NCBI GenBank assembly: GCA_964106915.2
Contig: OZ066916.1
Length of the DNA stretch: 64,000 nucleotides
From: Podarcis gaigeae
Lineage: Eukaryota
Direction: 5' to 3' (one strand)
Shown here: positions 1 to 13,241 of the stretch, piece after piece
How the letters are laid out: each line of letters begins with the position of its first letter
Numbering within the stretch: the first letter of the stretch is position 1
Position numbers and translations under genes: made by a program
Notes under the pieces: generated by a model
Told to the model about the DNA's origin: nothing
Database searches by the model: none
The model's input: only the letters and a program-made list of their open reading frames with translations

Positions 1-235
1 AATATCCATAAAGGGGCTGAGTCAAAGAGATTTCTACTTTGTTATGCTGCTTATTATGTAGTTATGTTGTAGAATTACGCTGCTTGAAAAATATTTGCCA
101 GTGTGAAGAATCACCTTCTTCTGGGTCCTAAATACTAGCTCTGACATAATATCTTAGGGTAGATGGTGTTTTTCCCATGAACCAATCTATTTTATTTTTA
201 TTTTACTTTTGGTGTTGGCATTCAGATACACAGAT

Positions 236-579
236 AGACCTGAAGGAGAGTCTCCATCCCATCATGCAGCCCAGACACTGGGTCTTCTCGTGGTTCCCTC
301 ACTGCGAGATGTGAGGTTACAGGGAACCAGGCAGGGGCCTTCTCGGTAGTGGTCCCCACCCTGTGGAACGTTCTCCCCTCAGTTGTCAAGGAGATGCGTA
401 ACTATATAACCTTTAGAAGACATCTGAAAGCAGCCCTGTAGAAGGAAGCCTTTTAAAGTTTAATGTTTTATGATATTTTTATAGACGTTGGAAGCTGCCC
501 AGAGTGGCTGAGGCAACCCAGTCAGATGGGCGGGGTACAAATAATAAAATTGATTGTGTGTTTTATTTTATTTTTATTG

Positions 580-622
<43 letters not shown>
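236..622 (+). mobile_element. L2-clade LINE 3' fragment with (TTA)n tail
   Basis: Degenerate ...PTLWNVLP... coding remnant; 3' end CCCAGAGTGGCTG...CAGATGGGCGGGGTA also seen inverted at ~31790-31870. Confidence 0.65.
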
Positions 623-623
<1 letters not shown>

Positions 624-1390
624 GTGTCTCACCTAAGGCCTGGTTGTTAGTTACAAGTGTCAGGGCCTTTCAAGTAGCTGCATTATCAGATACTTTGCCC
701 TAGGATGAATGTACATAGCCTATCCATATTTTGCTGGCTGGTAAAATACATTTTTATTGCAGCAGATTTCTCCCCTGCTAAGGATCTGCTTTTTCATTTC
801 AAGGTTATATTTTATTTTGTTTTCTGCCTTTAATTTATTTTGCAGTATTTATGATTACACAGGAGTTCTTAATTTAAAGGATGCTAAATTTAAATTGCTA
901 TGAGCCACCCTGCATAGGCAAATGAAGAATGGGAGAGACACTTAATATCAGTTTGGAAGTGAAATGGGATCGTCCACAAAAAGGTAGCAACTTGTACACT
1001 CTTGAAGGCACCCTCTGTAAACAAAACATTGTGAATTAAACTGGCATCGTAAATAGACAACAACGACACATGCAAAACTGCACTATTTCTGAGATTATTT
1101 ACACTCCACTTTTCAAGATATAAAACCTTCCAACGTGGCCGAAAAGTAACAGTAAAGTTCATCTTAGAAATACACAAAACACAATTTCACATAATGAGAA
1201 GTCATCAAGATAGTGACAGAATGTGTATAGAGTGGTGGTGTGGGGGTAAAACTGTCTTGTTGGAGCTGTCCTCTGGGGATCCCTGTTGGGGGCAAGGGGG
1301 GGAAATGCAGCTGGGACAGAACCTAGCAAGAATGGTGAAAGCTGTTGATCCTTTTGAAAGAAAGGTGTTGGGTCTGGAACACAAGCAGTA

Positions 1391-1632
1391 CAGTGGTACC
1401 TCGGGTTAAGAACTTAATTCGTTCTGGAGGTCCATTCTTAACCTGAAACTGTTTTTAACCTGAAGCACCACTTTAGCTAATGGGGCCTCCCGCTGCCGCC
1501 GCGCCACCAGAGCACGATTTCTGTTCTCATCCTGAAGCAAAGTTCTTAACCCGAGGTACTATTTCTGGGTTAGCGGAGTCTGTAAACTGAAGTGTCTGTA
1601 ACCTGAAGTGTCTGTAACCCGAGGTACCACTG
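1391..1632. mobile_element. Tc1/mariner-pogo-type MITE (family A)
   Basis: TIR CAGTGGTACCTCGGGTTA / TAACCCGAGGTACCACTG, TA TSD; near-identical copies at 2124-2270 and 11692-11908. Confidence 0.9.
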
Positions 1633-1905
1633 TACATAAATCCTATTCCAGGCTGCCTGGCACCTGGACAGCTCCTCACAGATTCCAACCTGGGTGAAGA
1701 ATATCTTCACATTTTACACATGGCTCATGGAAATGGAAAAAAATGGAAAGAGGATGTGCCATCACTCACACATTCTCAAATACTGCTTCCTCAGAAGGGA
1801 CATGTAATCTTCTAGCATTTTGGATGGCAGCATTTTAACGTTGGCCCTTATGATATCTTAAACACACAATGATGGATTAACATCCTCCTGCTCACTCAGG
1901 TCTTG

Positions 1906-1907
<2 letters not shown>

Positions 1908-1941
<34 letters not shown>

Positions 1942-1942
1942 G

Positions 1943-1974
<32 letters not shown>
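1908..1974. repeat. (CT)n(CA)n compound microsatellite
   Basis: Direct reading. Confidence 0.95.
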
Positions 1975-1978
<4 letters not shown>

Positions 1979-1996
1979 CTACACTATGGCTCCAAC

Positions 1997-2060
1997 CTTT
2001 GATTTTCTTCCGTTTCTCAAGAGAGAGTCGCCATTCCGGTTTGATTTCATCATAGCCCGG
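1997..2060 (-). CDS. NBAS: NBAS exon 13 (PGYDEIKPEWRLSLEKRKKIK)
   Basis: ttttag acceptor, G|gttgga donor, 64 nt. Confidence 0.92.
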
Positions 2061-5000
2061 CTAAAAGAAAAAGAAAATCTCCAATTAAGTTTTCTACATA
2101 TCCATATGTACACTATAAACAAAACTTTAGCTAATGGGGCCTCCTGCTACCACTGTGCCACCGGAGCACGATTTCTGTTCTCATCCTGAAGCAAAGTTCT
2201 TAACCCAAGGTACCATTTCTGGGTTAGCGGAGTCTGTAACCTGAAGCATATGTAACCCGAGGTACCACTGTATTATTGGGAACCAATTCCAAAGCTTTAA
2301 TGACTGCAAATGTCTATCTTGCTATGACAAGATATATACGCAAGCACAGGGGTCAGCAAACTTTTTCAGCAGGGGGCCGGTCCACTGTCCCTTAGACCTG
2401 GGTGGGTGGACTATTATTTGGGGGGGAATAAATGAATTCCTATGCCCCACAAATAACCCAGAGATGCATTTTAAATAAAAGGACACATTCTACACATGTA
2501 AAAATATGCTGATTCCAGGACCATCCACAGGCCTTGAGAAGGCTCCGGCCCCTGGACCTTAGTTTGCCTACCCATGTGCAAGGAGATTTGAAAAAAAAGA
2601 ACACCTAACCCCACATACAGATACAAACACAGAGAGTGAAGTACTGCTGAGCTGACCACAAAGGCAGATAACACTTCCTCCAAACAGTGTGTGTGCACAT
2701 GTTAATATTAAAACAACATCTCTAGATGTCAGGTTATATTATTTCAATTTTAAAATGTTATATAGAGTATATGGGACACAACTGAGCATTGTTGCGGGGG
2801 GCGGGGACAATAAACCCTGAAGTAACGTGAAGCAAAACAAGGAATGAAACATATGTTCTGGTACTCCAAGAAGTGTTTCTGGGGAAGAAGTGATTAAATA
2901 ATACTGATTCGAACCTTGGTCTACATTCCTGTGTGCATCTCTCTTTTGTCTTTCCAGGTATACAACAAACAGATTTGAATACAATCGTCTTAAGATTAAT
3001 GATGTTACCATGTTGTAAGATATACCGGGCTGTAAATTCAGCTCAGCTGCAAATATTTTTTGCCAATATTAATCTTTACGCATTGTAGCACATAGCTCAA
3101 ATGACCCTAGCAGCTGCATAATGTAGATAGATGATTATAAAAAATAGCAACTGTAGTGGGTATGTTATCCAATTAAAGTAATTTTAGTTAATTGATCAAG
3201 TGAGTTTTAAGCGAATCCTAGACACACTTAGCTGTGAGTAATGGGTCTTATTCCAGAGTAGGCATGTGTAGGATTGTCTACAATTGATTCAGTTTCCATA
3301 TGGATAACCATTCCAATGGCTAAAAAGCACCATTTCTTGATAATGAACAAATATGTTGTGCATATAAAAAGGCATATATGTCTTTTAGCATTTTGGACAT
3401 GCTAAAAAAAGAACTACCACCATTTAAAAAGCAGAAAAAAGGGGGTGACAAGAAATGTCATACAAGTTTCATTTAAGCTATCTATAGCTACAAATACATT
3501 CCAGTATTTACAAACTGTTAATCATCACATACCTGGTCGCTCTGCTCCCATTCTCCTTGTTGTCTTAGAGAAGGGATTCCCCAGATAGTCAATTTTCCAC
3601 TAAAGTGAATAGCTGCTAGGCGAGTCCCATCTGGAGAAAGGCTCATCTTGAAAACACCATCCTGAGCAAGATTTTGATCAGTGATTAAAAGCAAAGGCAT
3701 TTCAAAGAAGCATTAAGCTCGTAGCCCTCATCCCCCCCATTTTCAATGTATCTTCCCTTTGTACACCTCCTGGATCTTATAAAACATGAAGGGCTCCTTA
3801 AAATTTGTACAACAGATACACAGAAGCATCAAGTAAGAACCACAATTCCTGAAACTAGTAGGGCAGTTCTATGAATGGGTTTTACTTCCAGGTAAGTGTG
3901 TACAACAAGTGTAGCTAACTCCTAGTCTGAGGGCCTGATTTGACATACCAAGATCCCACCATTTTTGAGTGTGGGAGTCCTTAAAGGGTTGGCCATGGAT
4001 GAATGCAGTCCTTGAGCCAAAAAGTGTTAGACTCCTTAGGTGTAAAGGACCTTCAAGATGTAGCCCAGCCTTTCCCAACCTGATGCTCTCCAGATATTTT
4101 GGACCACAAACCATGGTCCCAGAAACCATGGTCAATGGTTTGGGGTCCTGGGAGTTGTAGCCCAAAACATTTAGAGGATGACAAATTTGGGGGTCATAAA
4201 CTGTGATGCAGTTAAGTGGATAATAGAGTGGCACTTGAATCCTAAATACAGTTTCTTAGAAGTTCCATTCAATCACCCATCAGCTAGGACAGGATAGACG
4301 TGAAGTAGCAGAGCACTCAGGGGAATGTCAGGTTGTTGACTAAGGCAGGGGGAGTCTGTGGCAACACGTCAAATCTGTGTCATGCAAACAATGGACAAAA
4401 TATAAACCAATCAGAACTCACAGTGGCTTTTAATGATAAGTCATGTCTTCTTATTGCTAGAAACTACTTAGATGAAATACTGAGAAGGAAAGATCCACAT
4501 AATTTTAAAAACTAGGCTATAAGACATTTTTAAAATAATATAAAAGAGTTGCAAATGCTGTCAAATGTATTTATGAGTAAGAAATGGAAAAGAGATGAGT
4601 GAATCATTCCAAAGAGTAATGGACCCCTGCCATTAATTTCTAGAATATAAAATACTAGACTGACTAAAATGTAAGAAACTGAGGGTGTTTTAGCACGGTG
4701 CCAAATGTTTTCAGGCAAACATTTTCAGCACACAGTGAAGCTATTCACCCACTATTCCCTGCCCCATTTGGCTGCTGTTTCAGCGCTGTTTTTTGTTTTC
4801 CACTAGGCTTCTTCCTCACAACATAATACAGCCAATAAAAAAAGTGTGTTGCAGGACTACAGCTCCCATCATTCCTGATTGTTGGCCAAGTTGGGTAGAG
4901 CTGATGGGAGCTGGACTCCAAAGGCATTAGGAAGGCCACAGGTTCCCTGCCCCTGCATTGAAGGATCTCATGACATCATGTTGCCTAATATCCAATCAGA

Positions 5001-8000
5001 TTTGACACTGTGACATCACTGAGGGAAGCACAAAGCCAATTCAGAGCAAGGGCAATGCTTCCTGTATTGCATTGACCTCACTCTGGATGGTCACAGGAGG
5101 GAATGCAGCTGCCACCATGAGCAGCTATTACCACACAGTCAAACAAGTTGGGAGAGAAAGGAAAGTATTGTCACCACACACCTTATGATAGATGCTTCCG
5201 GAAGGAGATGCTATATCACAAGTGAGTCTTTCAGACCATTTTTTCCCCTATGTATATATTTGGCACATGACGTTCTTCACATTTCCATTTTTTTCAGTCA
5301 TTATATTAATTACCACTCTGCCGCTTGCCATACACATCTGACCTGAGTTTTCCAATCATTTCCCGCAAACACTAACCCATCCTCAACAACCTTTTTTTTT
5401 CCCATTTTGGGTATGTGAACAGAAACTTCTGTACCTGAGTTCACACATACACACTTTTTTAAAAAAAGCTGAGGAGGTTCGCAAGAGTACAAGCCTTACC
5501 CAGCCACAAGGGGCAAAGTGGGGGACGGGGAGGCAAAATGGTAAAGGCAACAAAATCTTCTGTTATTACTGTTATTTATTTATTAACGTCCAATATATGT
5601 AGTGTAATTACAACTTCCCAAGGAATCCCCAATTACTGTGTGGCGATCTGGAGAGAGCGGATAATGTTTAATTAAATTTTAAGTCAGAGCAGAGCCACTG
5701 AAATGAAGTTCAGTTTGCCATGGTTATTAATTTCAATCGACCTACTCTAAGTAGGACTCTGTTGGCTTCAATCCAGCACGTCCACCAAACCAGGCATGTG
5801 ACAATCGGTGGAAACAGCTTTCTTTTCTGTCACTGGGGGCTGCTGGAAACAGAATTATTCGGTTGTGCTCAGATATGGAACAAACAGAGGTAGAGGTGCA
5901 GATTTTAGAGGTCACCACCACAGACAAACCACATATTGACAAATAAATATTGGCCATTGACCATGCTGGCTGGGAGCTAGGAGTCCCAATAAAATCTTGA
6001 GTGCCGCAGAACTGCCACCCCTGACGCAAAAGTTGCACTTGACACATGTCTCACAAAAGCATAAGGTATTGAGATATATATATATGTATATATACACATC
6101 CTCTGTTACCTGTTCTCTTCCTTGTCTACTGTAAAAGTTGAGAGACCTAATCTTGAACAATGACCTTCTCTTGGCCTGTTAGAAAAAGAAACCATATCAA
6201 ATTAAGCTCATGTATGTATATGTGTGTGTGTTTATCACACACACACAGACACACGTGTGTGCAAGTGTTTTCTTTGTCAGAAGCTAAAGCAAATCATGGA
6301 AGCAACAAATAATATAGTAACATTCCTCTAAAATAGGGGCAAACAAGTCTTTTTTCAGCCAGAACTCAGTTCCACCACCTCTCAGGTGGGTGCCATTGCC
6401 ATTATAAGAGAGCAAGGGAAGCGTTTATGGTGAGGGGTCCAGCACCTCTTTTTCTAGAAAAGTAGCTCTGGGTGCAAAGAATTCAAAAAGATTCTGAATG
6501 ATATAAGCTAGAACAGGGGTTCTAGGTATTTGTTGCCTAGAGCATTTTAACCAACCTGTTGGTTAGAATAAACCTGAGATCAGGAAGGCAGCGAAAACCA
6601 CAGCTTCACATCTGACCACCATCTACACAAGGTGTACTTCATTTATGCCACATAAATTGGGGTGGGGGAGGGACGTTTTTTCCAGCCACAGAAGGAGCAA
6701 GGTGGGCAACAGAATCAGAAATTCTCCCAGCAACACAATTCTGTGCATGCCTCCTGAGAAGTAAATACCCTTTGTGTTCAGTGGAGCTTACTTCCCGATG
6801 TGTGTGTACAAGGTTGTAGCCTAACATACAAAAGCAATGAAACCAGTCTCTTGTGCAGACTGTTGATGGGTGTGGGATTTGAAGGCTAGCTCTTTCCCCT
6901 AAGTCTGATAAAAATAGGTGAGGAGGAAGAATTCAGAAATTCAGTTCCCCCATGATGTAACAGCAACACCCTGTGAGCTTGCTGATGATACATTTCAGCT
7001 TTTTCAACATCTGGAAATGTTAGAACGAGGAAGAAGCATTGTCTTGTCTGCCTTTATATTAAAACGGAAGATGACACGTGTGAAACCTTTGCTAATGTAA
7101 AGAATAAAAATGAGACCTGCAGCTTTAGGGCCAATAGAGGTATGCTCAAACGATCCTATGAGATGATAGCAGCACTACTCACGGTCCCGATATCATCTTC
7201 GTAACTCGTAACCGGCTTGTAATAGGGGGATCCCGAAAGAACTCTCCACGCCGACAGACCACAGCTACTTGCTTTGGACGCGCCGGATCCCTCGCCATCC
7301 ATTTCGCAGCCACCAACGATCAAAAGCCTATTGCAAGCAAGAGGAATCGAATCTTGAGTTTGGCATGCTCCACCTCTGTTCTGAGCAATGAGCAATCGCT
7401 TTACAATGAACTGCAGCAAGTTTCTTTGTATTAAGATTACCATGTCTATTATATTATATGAAATGGACAGGTTTCAATGGAGCGCTAAGGGAATTGTTTA
7501 GACCACCAAAAAATAAAAACAGGAAGACCCCAAAATTGTTGAGCTTTTCTTAAGAAAACCACCGAAACTGTTGAGTTGCGTTTTTTTTACACCCCACGAT
7601 TTTTTGATTGATTTGTCCAAAGATGTGGGACGAAGCGACGCCTTTTGCTAATTCACCCTGTACGTCAATTGCGCCTTTAAAATCCAGGTACTGTCTGGGA
7701 CATATGACAGCCCTAAGATTGTTCCATCAGCACAAGGATTTCTCCTTGACCATCAGAGGGATCTCCCCTCTCTTGGGCCCCCTTGCTGTTCTGTGTGTTT
7801 TTTCTCTACCCTCCAGGGTGGATTTGGGGAAGGCACAAGAGGGGAGAGGACGTTCCATTGAACTAGCGGGAGTCACGGGGTCACAGAATCAGAGTTGGAA
7901 TGCTCCCTCAAGATCCAAGCCCCTGCAATACAGGAATATGCAGCAGCCACAAACAGGGACCGAACCTGCAACCTTGGCGTTATCAGCACCACGCTCTAAC

Positions 8001-11000
8001 CCACTGAGCTATCTAGCCCTTGTGTTAACTTTCCACTAGCAGAGCAAGGAAGTTGTATTTGGCCATATATATTTTTGTTGGGAAGCAGTTTGCAATTTCT
8101 GAAATAAATAAATAAAAACAGGCACTTGCCATCTGCGATGACTTGACAACTGCTGAAATATTTACAGCAATAATTCCACACTTGGGCGTATCAGTTATAA
8201 CATTTACTATTTCAAACCGCTACTCAGAGCAAGGGGAAGAAAAATCATGTGGATTTTAAAATATTTTTAAACCTCCAAGGCCGCAATCCTGTAAACACCT
8301 ACCTGGGAGTAAGTCTCCGTGAACTAACACTATGGGACTTACACCATGCACAGGATTGCACTGTGAATTCACCTAGCGGGATATATTTCAAAGTAATTGC
8401 CTGCTTTAATTCTTTTTTTTCTTCCAGAAATCCTCTTCAGATAAAAATGTGAAATAGGGGTGTATGAGCATTATTTTACCCAAATAAAATCATTAAATAA
8501 AAAGCCAGATTACGCATATTTGATTTCAGTTGGCAAAATATCACCATCTAGTGGTTAAATTATATACAGAAGTTTGTAAATAAATGGATTTAAACCCCCC
8601 CCCAAAAAAATACTCATAACTATTATAGATCAACAACAACAAAAATGGATTCAGTAATTGCAAAGAGGTGTTAAACAAATCCTTTTGTTAGAGAAGAAAT
8701 GGGCAACAAGCTGGTCTTGAGAGATTCCATTTGCCGTGTGAAAGCAACACATGCACGTGATACTAACCTGTATTTATAGTTAACTATAAAATATAGGTTA
8801 GCTTTAATGCTACATCCAAAACTTGAATCAAATCAGGCACAGAACTGGTCTGAGCTAGCAGCATAAAGCATTTCATCTTGATAAGTCTTAAGTAAAGGTT
8901 AGCAAAGAATTATTTTTGGAGATTCCAAAATGCAGAAATTGAAGATGATATTTAATTTTGGTGCATGCATTATCTACATCTTATTGGAAAGATGTGAGAG
9001 AAGCAATTTATAGCTGATTTTATTCTACTCTTAGATCCTTTAGTGTTTCTTTTATGGTACTGAGTAAAAGTCATAACAGGTTCACAAAAACAGTAGTTAA
9101 CTTAATGGCAATGGTTAAGAAGAGAAACAGTCCAAACCAAAATTGGTAGGGGGACTAATAAAGAGAAATGAATGGTGTAATATGAACATCATTTCCTACA
9201 TTTAGTAGGGTTTAAAGTTTTACTCTTCTTGCTGATTATACTAGATCCTGTGAACTCAACTCCTCTAATGGGAAGTTTGCACTGGTGGAAAGGGAGTGGG
9301 TGTGATTTTCACTAATTCCTCTTTCCCTCTACAGTGCCCTGCTCCCAAATCCCACCAGCCCCAGTCAATATGGCCAATCATCGGGGGGGCAGTAGTCCAG
9401 CAAGACCTAGAGAACCGCCTATTCCCAATTTAAGCATGCCACCAATGGTCAAGGGCAAACTCTAGCAAGAGGACAAAGTCCAACAGATAAAGAGCCAGTG
9501 TGAACTTACTCCCATTAGCAATAAATGGTGACAGCTGTAGGAGTGCAAATATACAGAGTGTGGGTGTCAGTTGGGATTGCTATGAGGAATTATGAAATAT
9601 GAAGCAAGCCATTGTGTCAGCAATGAAAGCATTGCGTTGACTGGGTTTCATTCATTGACAATAGTTTCTGATCGAATCTCCCAAGCCTCTCCACCTCTGG
9701 CATTTGCTTTCTCTACACCTGATACTGTAAGTCATGTAACACAGACCAGTTGCCGGCTGCTGCATCAGGCACCCTAAGTAATTAAGATGATAGTTTCTCT
9801 AATGTTCCCTTCCTTGGTTTTGTTAATCTTAGGGCCTGGAAATAGTTTCACAGGAGGGTGATAAAGATACCTATCTCCTTGCCACCCTGCCTCTCCTGTT
9901 TACTCCTATTTATGATCTCCGGAGTTTCCTAAAAGCATTCCCCTTCGCTTCCTCTTTTATTTATTCTGAATTGCATATGCATGCTCAAGTAGGAAATTAG
10001 CTCTTTGTAGTTTTAATTTTAACTTTGTCCCACATGGGGTTTTTTGAAATGCTCAGAGGAAATCTGATTGGTTCTTATGTACACTGTGTAAAAAGTTCTT
10101 TTGTGAATAAAACGACCTGGGCTGGAGGGTGGAGAGGAATTATTATTAGTACGTACTCCTCCCAGAGTCTTGCTGGTCAAGCCTGTGTGTGTATTCTATT
10201 AATCAGAGTCTAATCTTTCCTTTGCTTTGGGAATGCCAAAGACAGCAAACCATTCAACCCTGCCACAAATTCTGCCTCCCTTGAGATTGCCACAAATCAC
10301 CATTGCCACAAATCTTCTCCTAGACACTTGGGAATATTTGATGCATATATCAGTGGTTCCCAAACTGTAAGGCACTGGGAATTAGTGCAAGGCTTTTCAT
10401 GAGAGGGAGAGATACTACAGAGGTGTTGTCCTTCTAGCAGCAAAGATTTGACATCTGGAGGCTTTACATGGGCAGGAAACTGTAAGCAACACCTCCAATC
10501 AGTAGGAGGGCTATTCCATACTTCCAGCGCTTAGTTAGGTTTCAGTGCCGTGTCTTAGAGGAAGTTCCCGAGAAAGGTCAAATCTACTTTAGAAGCCTGT
10601 GCTGTTGGTTTAACTTGCAAAGTTCCTTCTGCCAACTTGTGGCAGCAGCTCAAAGTTGGAAAAAGCCTTACTGATGGAGAAGAAATTGACCATGACAATG
10701 AGCATATGGGGCTTTCCCCCCTTCTGCCTTCTCTTCCTGTCTGGCAGGCTTCAGCAGGGAGTCCAAGATGATATCTCCTTGTTCTTTTCTAACCCCAAGT
10801 GTTGGTTTAGCTCTCCAATCCACACACAGCAGCCATATGGAAGCGTCCTGTGCATTTGCCTGCTGCTGCTGGGTTGAGGAGCTCAGGTGGGTAAAGATTA
10901 GAAAAAGGCCCAAGCTGAATTCATTCGAGTTCATAACGCTAGCAGACACCACAATATCATTTATAATTTAAGCGTCTCGTCTCAGGATGGGAGAGATTTA

Positions 11001-13190
11001 ATGAAAGCTGGAGTAAAGCTGCCATATCAGGTTAGACAAAAACCCTGTTCCCGCAGAACAAAAGAAGACATATGTATCATTGCAGCACATGCTTAACATT
11101 TTAAACAACTCTTCACAGAGCTGGCGAAGTGCAGCACAAAGCAGACGGGAGCTATATTAAGAGACCAAGACGCAGAGCTTTCAAATGATTCTTAGAGCTC
11201 CATTGAGGGCCACAAAGGAGGTCTGAGCTCACTTATGAATTATTAACTTTTTAAAGGACTGGACAAGAGAGTCAATAATACCAAAAAAAGAATAACCAAA
11301 ACAAGCTGACAGATAGCCTGAGGCCATCAAGTGTCCAGATACTTCCAGCTAGTTGAGTTGAATTCCTGCACCTTTAATTCCTTTAATTTAGTAGTCAATG
11401 GAACCGAGGGAATAAAAGGATCATGGATGCAACACCTACTTGCTCTCTCCCTCTTTCTTTTGTGGAGAGCAGGCAAGCAACTATTATACTCAAACAGCTG
11501 TTCAAGCTCTACCTATCCTTACTGAACTTCTAAGATAGGGTAGCCAAGTTTGTCCCCTTGATACGCTTCAGGCTCCAAAAGTAGCTCCAGGCAGCATGCT
11601 CAATAGTAAGGGGTGATGGGATATCTGGAGGGCACCATGTTGGTAACCCTATATTGAGAGATAAAAATAATATCAAGTTGGAGAAACAGTACAGTGGTAC
11701 CTCAGGTTAAGAACTTAATCCGTTCTGGAGGTCCGTTCTTAACCTGAAACTGTTCTTAACCACTTTAGCTAATGGGGCCTCCTGCTGCCGCCACGCCACT
11801 GCTGCACGATTTCTGTTCTCATCCTGAAGCAAAGTTCTTAACTCGAGGTACTATTTCTGGGTTAGCGAAGTCTGTAACCTGAAGCATCTGTAACCCGAGG
11901 TACCACTGTATTATAGACCCCGTTCTGGTGTAAGTTAATAAATGTGCCAGTAAGACAAGTCAGAATCTTAAACTAACTTCATACCTCGGTTTAAAATCCT
12001 GGTTTGTCCATTACAGTCATACAGTGGTACCTTAGTTTACAACCATGATCCATTCCGGAGGTCCGGTTGTAGACCAAAACAGGTTGTAACCCAAGGTGCG
12101 CTTTCGCCAATGGGGCCTCCACACAAAAATTGGTTGTAATCCAAAAAAAGGGACACGCACTTCCGGGTTTGATGTGGTTGTAATCCTAAGCAATTGCAAA
12201 CCAAGGTACCACTACACCTTGGTTCTCGAACACCTCGGTACGCACACGTTTTGGCTCCTGAACGCCGCAAACCCAGAAGTAAGTGCTTGCAAACATTCTT
12301 TGGAAGCTGAACATATGACGCAGTTTCTGCAGCTTCCGGTTGAGTGCAGGAAGCTATTGCAGCCAATCGGAAGCTGTGCCTTGGTTTCTGAACGTTTTTG
12401 GAAGTTGAACAGACTTCGTGAATGGATTCCTTCAAGAACCAAGGTACAACTGTACTGGTAAACATAGTTTTCCACATTGGGTGTAAGGAAAACTCTGTTT
12501 AGCTAAATATTTCCTCAGTTAAACATGGCAGGCAAGGAAGGTAATTGACCACACAGAGGATGCAGGTGAAAGGTTAATGCATACCTCATCTTATGAAGTC
12601 ATGGTATCTTCATTCAAATGGGGCCATTTTAAATTATTGAGCTATATACAGCGATATCCCTCAATTCACAAAAGAGTCTTTGAACTAATGGTCAAAGTTA
12701 CGGATTTTGTGCCACAATAGTTTGAGAACGAAGACGGAGGAGAAGTTTCATTGCAGTGGTGAAATGACTTCTACTCACACAAGGACTTTGCTGGACACAA
12801 ACCAGTGTCCTGGATGAAAGCGAAGAATATTCTAATACTGAAATGTGACAAAAATGTCTCAGCAATAGACTCACACAGGAATACAGCACTGATGAATACC
12901 AATTATAAAATGTTAAGAATTCTAGCAGGAAGATTTAATCTAACGTTAGATTATTGTAGTCAGGGAGAGTGTTCTCAGGTTTTTTAAAAGAAAACAATTG
13001 AGAGAGCATAGAAGGGAAATGATCCATATCAATTACAGAGCAAAAACACCTGCAGTGCAGTTCTTTGCTGGGACCAGAAAGGCATTTGGACACATACAGT
13101 GAACGCTCTTTTGTGAAAATGGCACTAAAAGCAATGAGATTTTAGGTAAATGTTTTAAGACAGTCAAATTTCTCATTTGGTTCATCAACT

Positions 13191-13241
<51 letters not shown>

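Noticed and set aside
1-1996. Search for NBAS exon 14 (expected ..YPLIDVNWW..)
   Set aside because: Not found; it presumably lies beyond the left edge
8541-8554. CTCF-like motif (CCACTAGATGGTGA on minus strand)
   Set aside because: Mismatch in the core; a single short motif is expected by chance in 64 kb
9613-10267. Possible solo LTR (TGTGTCAG...CTGCCACA, AATAAA ~10106)
   Set aside because: No matching TSD found; cannot support without a repeat library
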